From assembly GCA_963666565.1 (NCBI GenBank), contig OY762911.1, positions 4,352,001-4,416,000 of the forward strand: a DNA stretch of 64,000 bases. Direction: 5' to 3'. Position numbers and translations under genes: made by a program. Origin of the DNA: Thermoanaerobaculia bacterium (GTDB taxonomy: Bacteria > Acidobacteriota > Thermoanaerobaculia > Multivoradales > Multivoraceae). This document shows, piece by piece, positions 53,411 through 61,819 of this stretch. Under the pieces are notes generated by a model. The model was not told the DNA's origin, did not search any database, and saw only the letters and a program-made list of their open reading frames with translations. Within the stretch, counting starts at the first letter, position 1. Each line of letters opens with the position of its first letter.

Positions 53411-55869
53411 GAAACGGGCCGACGGCCAGGTGCGCCGGAAGCGGGTCGGAAGACCCGCGCACCCAGCGACGAGCGACGCTGGCAGGCAGGCGCGCCGGAA
53501 GCGGGTCGGAAGACCCGCGCACCCAGCGACGAGCGACGCTGGCAGGCAGGTGCGCCGGAAGCGGGTCGGAAGACCCGCGCACCCAGCGACGAGCGACGCT
53601 GGCAGCCAAGCGCGCCGGAAGCGGGTCGGAAGACCCGCGCACCCGGCGGCGAGCGACGCAGGCAGGCAGGCACGTGCCCGCCGCGGCGGCCACCGTCGCG
53701 CTCGCCGCCCTGGCGCTGGCCGGCATCGCCACCGGCCCGGCCCAGGCGCACGTGCGGATCACGACCGACATCAACTTCGCCGAGGACGTCCGCCCGATTC
53801 TCCGCCGCTACTGCATGCCCTGCCACAACCCGAAGGGCTCGGCGCCGGACTACATCGACCTGACCACCTACGGCAACGACGCGAAGCCCGGCGCCCGCGC
53901 CTGGGCGGTGGCGATCGAAGAAGAGCTGATGACCGGGCGCATGCCGCCGTGGACCGCCGACGCCCGCTACGACCATTTCCGCAACTCGCGGCGGATGAGC
54001 CAGCAGGAGATCGACATCCTCGTCGCCTGGGTCCAGGGCGGCGGACCCCAGGGGCCGCGCCGCAACCTGCCGCCGCCGCTGGAGTTCACGGAAGAGGAGT
54101 GGGTGCTCGGCTACCCCGACCTGGTGCTCGAACCTGCCGGCGAAACCGTTCTCGACGGCGGGCGCCAGACCGCCTCCCACCGCGAGACGCTCGCCGTCGA
54201 GCTCGAGGAGGACGCCTGGATCACCGGCTACGAGTTCCGGCCGCAGCACCCGGGCGTCGTCTATCGCATGGCGGCCTGGATCCAGGAACCCGAGGACGCC
54301 GAGCCGGAGCAGCTCGAAGTCGAGGTCCAGGTTCCCTACGACCCCTTCCGCGACGAGGACGAACCCGAGCCGACCCGGATGCGCACCGCGACCGCCGGCC
54401 CCCAGTTCCTCGGCCAGTGGCTGCGCGGCGACGACCCGGTACTGCTGCCGGACGGCGCCGGCAAGCGGCTCCGAGCCGGTTCGAAGATCGAGCTCGCCGT
54501 CGAGTACCGGCGGCGCCCCAACGACGACTCGCGGATCGAGATCCGCGATCGTTCGAGCCTCGGCCTGTTCCTGGCCCAGACCGAGGACGAAGTCGAGCTC
54601 TGGGTCGAGAGCCAGCGGGCCGGCGGCGAGGTCGCGCTCAAGGGCCGGCGCGCCGCCCGGCCGCAAACCGCGAGCGTGACGCTCGCCGAGCGCGCACGCC
54701 TGATCGGACTCCACCCTCACGTCGGCGACCGGCTCGCCAGCATGGAGATCCGCGTCCACTTCCCCGACCAGCGGGTCCAGACCGTGCTCTACGTTCCGGA
54801 GTACGACCCCGAGTTCCCCTCCTCCTACCTGTTCGAGGAGGCGATTCACGCCCCGCCCGGCACCCGCGTCGAACTGATCGGCTCGTTCGACACCGGCAGG
54901 GAGGGCAAGGGAAGGGAGACGATCGTCCAGCCCTTCGCGCTCCACGTGGACTACGAACTGGACGACCACCTCGTCCTGCCCGAGATCTTCGTGCCGCGCG
55001 AGCAGCCGCAGACCCGCGGCGGCATGCTGGCGGCGGGCCTCGGCGGCGCCGACCTGCCCGGCGGCGGCGAGGGCGCCGGAGCGCCGGGCTTCGCGCCCAA
55101 CCCCGCCGACCCGAACGCCGCCGCCCACATGGACCACAAACCGCTCCACGGCGGCCAGTTCTTCATGGCGGCGAACAACTACCACCACCTGGAGGGCGCG
55201 CTGCCGAACGCCGGCGAGTTCCGGCTCTACGTCTACGACGACTTCAAGCAGCCGGTCGATCCGCGAAACTTCGGCGGCGACGTCGTCTTCGAGGCGTGGA
55301 ACGAGGAGACCGAGAGCTGGGACGAGACCCGCTATCCGATGGCGCCGGCGATCGGCAGCGACTACCTGCTCTCGGAGATCCCCGGCGAACTCCCCAGCGA
55401 GTTCTTCGCCCACGTCTGGCTGGCCGGCGAACAGCAGCGCTACGACTTCTTCTTCGAGGAGACGACGGTCGAACCCGTCGGCGGCGCCTCCCGCGGCGGC
55501 GGCGCCATTCGCGCCGGGCCGCACAGCCACGAGCGGCCGCCGATGACGATCCCCCAGTACCCGGAGGCGATCGCCGCCCTGATGGCGCTCAAGCGCGACC
55601 GCGTCCGCAGCCAGATCGAGAACGGCGAGTGGCTGACGCTCTACGTGCCCGCCTTCGACGCGCGCGACCTGGCGGAAGCCCTGCTCGACCGGCTGGACGC
55701 CCTGAGCGCCCGGGAGCGCGGCCAGGCGCGGCGGGCGATCGGCCGCGTCATGCAGAGCGCCGCCGAACTCGACCGCAGCGGCGACCTGGCCGACCGGGCG
55801 CGCGCCCAGCGGGCGTTCGAGCGCTTCGACGGCGGCGTCCGCGAGCTGCTCGACCTGATCGAACCGTGA
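53407..55869 (+). CDS. Secreted heme c protein with copper-monooxygenase-like domains and a His-rich C-terminal domain
   Basis: ATGA overlap with pyrE; CMPCH, MPPW, LG.PDLVL, and HMDHKPLHGGQFFM...HHLEG. The usual Cu-ligand motifs look degenerate. Confidence 0.75.
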   Translation: MRNGPTARCAGSGSEDPRTQRRATLAGRRAGSGSEDPRTQRRATLAGRCAGSGSEDPRTQRRATLAAKRAGSGSEDPRTRRRATQAGRHVPAAAATVALAALALAGIATGPAQAHVRITTDINFAEDVRPILRRYCMPCHNPKGSAPDYIDLTTYGNDAKPGARAWAVAIEEELMTGRMPPWTADARYDHFRNSRRMSQQEIDILVAWVQGGGPQGPRRNLPPPLEFTEEEWVLGYPDLVLEPAGETVLDGGRQTASHRETLAVELEEDAWITGYEFRPQHPGVVYRMAAWIQEPEDAEPEQLEVEVQVPYDPFRDEDEPEPTRMRTATAGPQFLGQWLRGDDPVLLPDGAGKRLRAGSKIELAVEYRRRPNDDSRIEIRDRSSLGLFLAQTEDEVELWVESQRAGGEVALKGRRAARPQTASVTLAERARLIGLHPHVGDRLASMEIRVHFPDQRVQTVLYVPEYDPEFPSSYLFEEAIHAPPGTRVELIGSFDTGREGKGRETIVQPFALHVDYELDDHLVLPEIFVPREQPQTRGGMLAAGLGGADLPGGGEGAGAPGFAPNPADPNAAAHMDHKPLHGGQFFMAANNYHHLEGALPNAGEFRLYVYDDFKQPVDPRNFGGDVVFEAWNEETESWDETRYPMAPAIGSDYLLSEIPGELPSEFFAHVWLAGEQQRYDFFFEETTVEPVGGASRGGGAIRAGPHSHERPPMTIPQYPEAIAALMALKRDRVRSQIENGEWLTLYVPAFDARDLAEALLDRLDALSARERGQARRAIGRVMQSAAELDRSGDLADRARAQRAFERFDGGVRELLDLIEP
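53431..53670. repeat. 4 x 60-bp tandem REP-containing repeat, in frame inside a signal peptide
   Basis: GCGCCGGAAGCGGGTCGGAAGACCCGCGCACCC.GCG.CGAGCGACGC.GGCAG x4, encoding [15 protein letters not shown]. Confidence 0.93.
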
Positions 55870-55933
55870 CGGGAGCACGAGCCCGGCCATCGACCACGCC
55901 GCTCAGGATGTTCTGGACCCGAAAGGAGCACGC

Positions 55934-57115
55934 ATGAAGAGGATGCCTTTCGCGCTGGCCCTGGCCGCGCTCGTGGGCATGGCCGGAACCCCGTCCGCGG
56001 CGCAGATCGATCCGGCCTCCCTGCCGGAGCCGCTGACCGTCGAGACGCTGCCCGACAAGCCGGACGGCGCTCGCTGGGTCTGGATCGCGTCCTTCACGAA
56101 CTACGCGCACGCGGACCTCATCGACGCCGACACCGGCAGGCTCCTGGGCACGATCGAACTCGGCTACCAGGGAGTGCTGCCCCAGATCCCCCGCTCGGGC
56201 GACGAGATCTACAACCACGCCGTCTACATGTCGCGCGGCTTCCACGGCGACCTCGTCGAGGTGGTCGAGATCTTCGACGCGAAGACGCTCGAGATCAGGG
56301 GCGAGATCCCGATCGACCCGCCGAAGGCCATGCGCGGGCTGCCGAGCATCAACCTGACGACCCTGACGGACAACGACCGCTTCCTGGTCCAGTCCTTCTT
56401 CACGCCCGCCCTGAGCTTCGGGGTCGTCGACCTGGAACGGCGGACGTTCGTCGGCGAGATCGAGACCGGCGGTTGCGCGCACGCGATGGCGGCCGGCCCC
56501 CGCCGCTTCTTCTCGCTGTGCGGCGACGGAGCCGTGCTGACCGTCGACCTGGACGAGAACGGCGCCGAGAGCGCCAGAGAGAGCCACCCGGGCTTCTTCG
56601 ACGCGGAAGGCGATCCCCTCCATCCGACCGGCGCCAGGTCGGGCGACGCGTGGTACTTCGCCTCGGTGCGCGGCGTCATGCACGCCGTCGACGCGAGCGG
56701 CGGCGGGATCGAGTTCCAGGAACCCTGGACATTCCGCGAGGAGGACGACGCCGGGGTCTGGGTGCCGGCCGCGCCGTTCCAGCACATGGCGATCCACCAC
56801 GCCTCCGGCCGCCTGTTCCTGCTGATGTCCGTCGTGCCCGATCTCGAACGGAAGCCGGGCGGCTACGACTTCCACCGCGGCCCCGGCTTCGAGACCTGGG
56901 TGTTCGACATCGAGAGCCGCGAACGGCTCGCCCGCCACAAGATGGACAAGCCGACGGCCGCTATCGCGGTGAGCCAGGACGACGCGCCGCTCCTCTACGC
57001 CTCGACCTACACCCACGTCGACATCTACGACGCGGGCACGGGCGAGGTCACGCGGACCCTGAACCCCGACGTGGAGGTCCGGGACGTCGTCGTCATGATG
57101 CAACCCTGGGACTGA
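55934..57115 (+). CDS. mauB: TTQ amine dehydrogenase large subunit (MauB/AauB-like)
   Basis: Signal peptide, YMSRGFHGD..EVVEIFD.KTL, FTPA.S..VVD, GC...FFSLCGDG, and VSQDDAPLLY. Confidence 0.9.
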   Translation: MKRMPFALALAALVGMAGTPSAAQIDPASLPEPLTVETLPDKPDGARWVWIASFTNYAHADLIDADTGRLLGTIELGYQGVLPQIPRSGDEIYNHAVYMSRGFHGDLVEVVEIFDAKTLEIRGEIPIDPPKAMRGLPSINLTTLTDNDRFLVQSFFTPALSFGVVDLERRTFVGEIETGGCAHAMAAGPRRFFSLCGDGAVLTVDLDENGAESARESHPGFFDAEGDPLHPTGARSGDAWYFASVRGVMHAVDASGGGIEFQEPWTFREEDDAGVWVPAAPFQHMAIHHASGRLFLLMSVVPDLERKPGGYDFHRGPGFETWVFDIESRERLARHKMDKPTAAIAVSQDDAPLLYASTYTHVDIYDAGTGEVTRTLNPDVEVRDVVVMMQPWD

Positions 57116-57122
57116 GACCGCC

Positions 57123-57683
57123 GTGAACCTCGCCGTCGACCCGGTCGTCCAGATCGCGGCGCGAGTTCTCCTCGCGCTGCTGTTTCTCGGCACCGCCGCG
57201 CACAAGCTGCGCGACCCTCGGACGACCGCGGTGATCGCGTCCCGCTACCTGCGGGGCTTCGGGCTGCCCGGTTCGCCGGCGCCGGCCGCCGTCGTCACGG
57301 CCGGGCTGATCGCGGCGGAGCTTGCCGCCGCCGGGCTCTGCGCCTTCCATCCCTCGGGAGCGGCCGCCGGCGGTCTGGCGGCTGGGCTGCTCGGTCTCTA
57401 CGCGCTCGGCATGGCCGTGAGCGTGGCGCGCGGGATCGCGCCCGAAGACTGCGGCTGCTCCTGGGCCGGAGCCACCGGCCAGCCCGCGGGGTGGGCTCTC
57501 GTGCTGCGCAACCTGGTGCTGATCGCCGTCGCCCTGCTGCCGGCGGCGCCGGCCGCGGCGCGGCCGCTCGGCTTCGCCGACTACGCCGGCGCCTTCTCGC
57601 TCGGCGTCTTCGCCATCGCCATGTACGCTACGGCGGACGTGCTCATCGCGAACCACGGGCTGCTCCGGGAGGGAACGTCGTGA
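57123..57683 (+). CDS. mauE: Methylamine utilization protein MauE
   Basis: LF...AAHKL, DCGC and LVLRN motifs; multi-TM. Confidence 0.9.
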   Translation: MNLAVDPVVQIAARVLLALLFLGTAAHKLRDPRTTAVIASRYLRGFGLPGSPAPAAVVTAGLIAAELAAAGLCAFHPSGAAAGGLAAGLLGLYALGMAVSVARGIAPEDCGCSWAGATGQPAGWALVLRNLVLIAVALLPAAPAAARPLGFADYAGAFSLGVFAIAMYATADVLIANHGLLREGTS

Positions 57684-58318
57684 CGACTTCCGCCGGCATC
57701 CTGTTCGCGATCATGGGATTCGCGATTCTCTGCCTGGCCGTCGCGACCTTCGCGCTCGCCCGCCAGATCGGCGTGATCCACCAGCGGATCGGCCCGGTCG
57801 GCGCCCTGGCGCTGAGCAAAACGGTGCGCGTCGGCGAGAAGTCGCCGGAGTTCCGGCTCGACACCCTGGACGGCGAAGCGGTCGTCCTGGGCGCTCCCGA
57901 TCCGGACGGCAAGAGCACGCTGATCACGTTCCTGACGCCCGACTGTCCCGTGTGCGCCCAGCTCCTTCCGGCGCTCCGGTCCATCGCGCGGGAGGAGTCG
58001 AGCTGGCTCCGGCTCGTCTTCGCCAGCGACGGCGACCCGGCGCGCCACGCCGAGTTCCGGACCGCGCGCCGGCTCGACAACTTCGCCTACGTGCTCGCGC
58101 CGGAACTCGGCATGACCTACGAGATCGGCAAGCTCCCCTACGGCGTGCTGCTCGACGAGAACGGCATCGTGGCGGCGCAGGGGCTCACGAACAGCAGGGA
58201 GCACGTGGAGAGCCTGTTCGAGGCGAAGCGGCTGGGCGTCGGTTCGATTCAGGAGTTTCTCGAACGCAGGGAGCAGGGCCCGGCGCTCGTCGCGGGCGGC
58301 TCGCAACAACCGTCGTGA
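57680..58318 (+). CDS. mauD: Methylamine dehydrogenase accessory protein MauD
   Basis: LARQIGVIHQRIGPVGAL, CPVC, KLPYG and GLTNSREHVESLFEA; GTGA overlap. Confidence 0.93.
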   Translation: MTTSAGILFAIMGFAILCLAVATFALARQIGVIHQRIGPVGALALSKTVRVGEKSPEFRLDTLDGEAVVLGAPDPDGKSTLITFLTPDCPVCAQLLPALRSIAREESSWLRLVFASDGDPARHAEFRTARRLDNFAYVLAPELGMTYEIGKLPYGVLLDENGIVAAQGLTNSREHVESLFEAKRLGVGSIQEFLERREQGPALVAGGSQQPS

Positions 58319-58326
58319 GGACTGTC

Positions 58327-58845
58327 ATGAACTGGTTCGACAAGATTTCGGCTCGTGCCGCCGCCGGCCTGGCGGAGAGAACCTCCCGCCGGTCCGCGCT
58401 GGGTTCCATCGGAAGCGCGATCGCCGGCGGCGTTCTGCTGCCGCTGCTCCCGGTGGACCGGACCTTCGCCCAGGAGGCGGCGGGCGACGCGCCCGAGCCC
58501 CGGCAGGATCCCACGCAGTGCGACTACTGGGCCTACTGCTCGGTCGACGGCTGGCTGTGCAGTTGCTGCGGCGGCTCGACCAGCTCCTGTCCGCCGGGAT
58601 CCAGGGCCGCGCCCATCACCTGGACCGGCACCTGCCGGAATCCGGCCGACGGCAAGAGCTACGTCATCGCCTACCACGACTGCTGCGGCGCCTTCCCCTG
58701 CCAGCGCTGCACCTGCAACACGAACGAGGGCGACACCGCGCGCTACCACCCGCAGCGCTCGAACTCCGTTCTCTGGTGCGGCAACGGCGGCGCTCCGTTC
58801 GGCTACCACTGCACGATGTCCCGGATTCTCTCCGTCGCCGAGTAG
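58327..58845 (+). CDS. mauA: TTQ amine dehydrogenase small subunit (MauA/AauA-like)
   Basis: Tat leader TSRRSAL; CDYWAYCSVDG..CSCCGG...CPPG, ITWTGTC (Trp57 equivalent), YHDCCG, VLWC (Trp108 equivalent), YHCT. Confidence 0.95.
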   Translation: MNWFDKISARAAAGLAERTSRRSALGSIGSAIAGGVLLPLLPVDRTFAQEAAGDAPEPRQDPTQCDYWAYCSVDGWLCSCCGGSTSSCPPGSRAAPITWTGTCRNPADGKSYVIAYHDCCGAFPCQRCTCNTNEGDTARYHPQRSNSVLWCGNGGAPFGYHCTMSRILSVAE

Positions 58846-58852
58846 GGATCCC

Positions 58853-59317
58853 GTGTTCGGACGATCCCGACCCCTGGCCGCGGCGACCCTGGTCGCCCTC
58901 GGCGTGCTGGGGACCGGCCAGGCGGCGGCCGGCGAGGCGGAGACGGGAACCGGGACGGACCGCCTGGCCCGCCTCGACTACATGCTGCACTGCCAGGGCT
59001 GCCACATGGCCGACGGCTCGGGCGTCGCGGGCACGGTCCCCCCGCTGCCCGGCGAGGTCGGGAAGTACATCGCCAGCCCGGAGTGGCGGGACTATCTCGT
59101 CCAGGTGCCCGGCGCCTCGCAGGCCCTCATCGACGACGAGGCGCTTGCCAGACTGATGAACTGGGTCGTCAGGCGCTTCGACCCCGGGAACGCGAAGGAC
59201 CTGAAGCCCTACGAAGCGGCGGAGGTCGCCCGGCTGCGCCGGCAGCCCGTCACCAACCCCACCACGGTGCGGCGCCGGATCGTCGCCGCACTGGAGGGCG
59301 CGTCCGCCGACGGGTAG
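58853..59317 (+). CDS. Class I c-type cytochrome, probable electron acceptor of the amine dehydrogenase
   Basis: Signal peptide; DYMLHCQGCH and YLVQVPG. Confidence 0.85.
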   Translation: MFGRSRPLAAATLVALGVLGTGQAAAGEAETGTGTDRLARLDYMLHCQGCHMADGSGVAGTVPPLPGEVGKYIASPEWRDYLVQVPGASQALIDDEALARLMNWVVRRFDPGNAKDLKPYEAAEVARLRRQPVTNPTTVRRRIVAALEGASADG

Positions 59318-59518
59318 CGGCAGCCGCCGGCGCGGGTGCGCGGGTAGGCGCGCGGGTCTTCCGACCCGCCACGGCCCGGCGAGACGGCCGCGCCCAAACC
59401 TGCTAGGGTACGCGACGCTCGGGCCGAGGCGATCCCTCTGCGCGCCCGGATCGGAACCAGTCGGAACAGCCCAGCCAACCAGCCCAGCCAGTCGGCAACG
59501 CGAGGAAGACGGAAGAGT

Positions 59519-59824
59519 ATGGCCACCAAGGCATCGGTCGCCAAGAACGACCGCCGCAAGAAGATCGTCGAGAGATACAAGGCGCGCCGCGACGAGCTGC
59601 GCGCGCTGGCGAAGGACGAACGGCTTCCCGCCGACCAGCGTTTCGAGGCCCAGCGCCTGCTGAACAAGCTGCCGCGGGACTCCAGCCCGGTCCGCGTCCG
59701 CAACCGCTGCGCCGTCAGCGGCCGGCCCCGCGGCTACTACCGCAAGTTCGGTCTCTCGCGCATCGCCCTGCGCGACCTCGCCCTGCGCGGCGAGCTGCCC
59801 GGCGTCATCAAGGCGAGCTGGTAG
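59519..59824 (+). CDS. rpsN: 30S ribosomal protein S14, long Zn-independent form
   Basis: [32 protein letters not shown]...LPGVIKASW; 101 aa with a single Cys. Confidence 0.97.
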   Translation: MATKASVAKNDRRKKIVERYKARRDELRALAKDERLPADQRFEAQRLLNKLPRDSSPVRVRNRCAVSGRPRGYYRKFGLSRIALRDLALRGELPGVIKASW

Positions 59825-59835
59825 CGCCGCCGGCC

Positions 59836-59975
59836 GCGCGGGTCTTCCGACCCGCCCTGCTGGGTGCGCGGGTCCTCCGACCCGCTCTGCTGGGTGCGCG
59901 GGTCCTCCGACCCGCCCTGCTGGGTGCGCGGGTCCTCCGACCCGCCCTGCTGGGTGCGCGGGTCTTCCGACCCGC
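59836..59975. repeat. 30-bp tandem array of REP palindromes (5 hairpins) between convergent genes
   Basis: GCGCGGGTC(T/C)TCCGACCCGC(C/T)CTGCTGGGT units at 59836, 59866, 59896, 59926 and 59956. Confidence 0.93.
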
Positions 59976-59976
59976 T

Positions 59977-60543
59977 TCAGCCTCCGAGCGCCGCGGCGAG
60001 TTCGTCGAGCATCCGCCGCTCCTCGCGGGAGACGCTGCCAAGACCGAGGAAGCCGCCGGCAGCTTCGGCGACCGCCTGCGCCCGCTTCATGATGTCGTCG
60101 CGCAGCGCCGCGGCGTCCGCCTCGTCGAGTTCGGCCACGAGCGCGGAGGCATAGCCCTTCCAGGCCTCGAGCAGGTCGGCGCCCGGCCGCCGATCCAGCC
60201 ACGCCGAAAGCAGCCCGGCGGCGGTCGATCCCCGGGTCACCCCCGCGTCCCTGGCCGCGTGCATGATCGCGTCCCGCTCCGCGGCGTCCATCGCGTGATC
60301 CGCCCACGCCACTTCGATCAGCGGCACCAGACCCACCGCCACCAGCGCCTCGCCGTGCATGCCCGCGTCGAGCAGGGCGACCAGGACCTCGCGGTGCTCG
60401 ATGCCCGAAGCCGCGGCCAGTTCGTCGAGCTGCTCCTCGCGTTCCTTCTGCGCTCGCAGTTCGTCGATCAGCTTCCGGTCCATGTTGCGGAAGAACGCGT
60501 CCTCCAGGGAATCGCCGCGTTCGCGAAGGGCATCGATCGGCAT
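59977..60543 (-). CDS. TerB-like hypothetical protein
   Basis: RBS GGAAG; SLEDAFF, LVPLIEVAWAD...AERDAI, and VAEAAGGFLGLGSVS.EE. Confidence 0.75.
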   Translation of the reverse strand: MPIDALRERGDSLEDAFFRNMDRKLIDELRAQKEREEQLDELAAASGIEHREVLVALLDAGMHGEALVAVGLVPLIEVAWADHAMDAAERDAIMHAARDAGVTRGSTAAGLLSAWLDRRPGADLLEAWKGYASALVAELDEADAAALRDDIMKRAQAVAEAAGGFLGLGSVSREERRMLDELAAALGG

Positions 60544-60775
60544 CTGGGGGCTCGCTTCCTCTTGGGGTGTGTTCGGTGGTGGCGGAATCCCGGGACCGCG
60601 GCGTTCCCGGCGCTCAAGGGGCCGGCATCGTAACACCTGGGTCGGACGCCTGCGCCTGCGTCGGACGCCCGCGCCCGGGTCGGACGCCCGCGCCTGGCTC
60701 GGCCGCCCGCGGCACGCGCTGCTACGCTCCATCGACCGCCATTCGGAACCGTTCATCGCCCAGGGAGACCTGCCC

Positions 60776-61810
60776 ATGCTCCACCGTCCCGCGCGCGGCC
60801 ATCGGCCGCTGCCGCTTCCCGTCCTTCTCCTCCTTCTGTCGTTCGCGGCGTCCGGCGCGGTCGCGCAGACGGTCACCGTGTGCATGCCGTCGTTCTTCGC
60901 CGACTCGCTGGGCGACCTCCAGGAGAAGCACGAGAATCTCCGCCTGGCGATCATCGACGACGACCTGGACCCCAGCGACTGCAACGGCCTGATCGCGGGC
61001 TACCGTGGCGTCGAGAACTACCTGACGGCAGACGGCGACCTCCGCTGGATCCAGAGCAACTCGGCCGGCGTCGAGGGCTTCCTCGAGATCCCGGACCTGC
61101 GCGACAGCGACATCGTGCTGACCAACGCGAAGATCATCCAGGGCCCCGAGATCGCCGACCACGCCTTCGCCCTGCTGCTGAACTTCACCCGCAACATCAA
61201 GGCGTTCAACGCCCGGATGGCGGAGGGCTGGAACACGGACCGCGAGCTGCCGATGATCGAGCTCCGGGGCAAGACGGCGCTGGTCATCGGCCTCGGCGGC
61301 ATCGGCACCCAGATCGCGCAGCGGGGCGCCGCCTTCGGCATGACGGTGCTCGCCGTCGATCCGAAGGACATCCCGATCCACCGCGACGTCGCCTACGTCG
61401 GCAAGCCGGACGAACTCGACGACCTGCTGCCGCGGGCCGACGTTGTCTTCTCGTCCGTGCCGCACACGCCCGCCACGGAGGGGATGATCGGCGCCCGCCA
61501 GTTCGAGCTGATGAAGCAGGACGTGTACTTCATCAACATCTCGCGCGGCAAGATCGTCGACACGGACGCCCTGGTGGCGGCGCTTCAGAGCGGCAAGGTC
61601 CGCGCCGCCGGGCTGGACGTGACGGACCCCGAGCCCCTGCCCACCGGCCACCCGCTGTGGACGATGCCGAACGTCACGATCACGCCGCATCTGGCGACGA
61701 TCTCCGACCGGCTGGAAGAGCGCCGAACGGCGCTGCTGCGCGACAACGTCACGCGCTTCGCCACCGGCAGGCCGCTCCGCAACGTGGTCGACAAGCAGGT
61801 CGGCTACTAG
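60776..61810 (+). CDS. D-2-hydroxyacid dehydrogenase with an apparent Sec signal peptide
   Basis: GLGGIG, INISRG, GLDVTDPEPL and ITPH; N-terminal LPVLLLLLSFAASGAVA-Q; GGGAG RBS. Confidence 0.9.
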   Translation: MLHRPARGHRPLPLPVLLLLLSFAASGAVAQTVTVCMPSFFADSLGDLQEKHENLRLAIIDDDLDPSDCNGLIAGYRGVENYLTADGDLRWIQSNSAGVEGFLEIPDLRDSDIVLTNAKIIQGPEIADHAFALLLNFTRNIKAFNARMAEGWNTDRELPMIELRGKTALVIGLGGIGTQIAQRGAAFGMTVLAVDPKDIPIHRDVAYVGKPDELDDLLPRADVVFSSVPHTPATEGMIGARQFELMKQDVYFINISRGKIVDTDALVAALQSGKVRAAGLDVTDPEPLPTGHPLWTMPNVTITPHLATISDRLEERRTALLRDNVTRFATGRPLRNVVDKQVGY

Positions 61811-61819
61811 GAGGCGCCG

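Noticed and set aside
59836-59975. Possible CRISPR arrays (also 53431-53670, 25885-26004, 28050-28197)
   Set aside because: The intervening sequences are near-identical rather than unique spacers, and no cas genes are present; these are tandem repeats.
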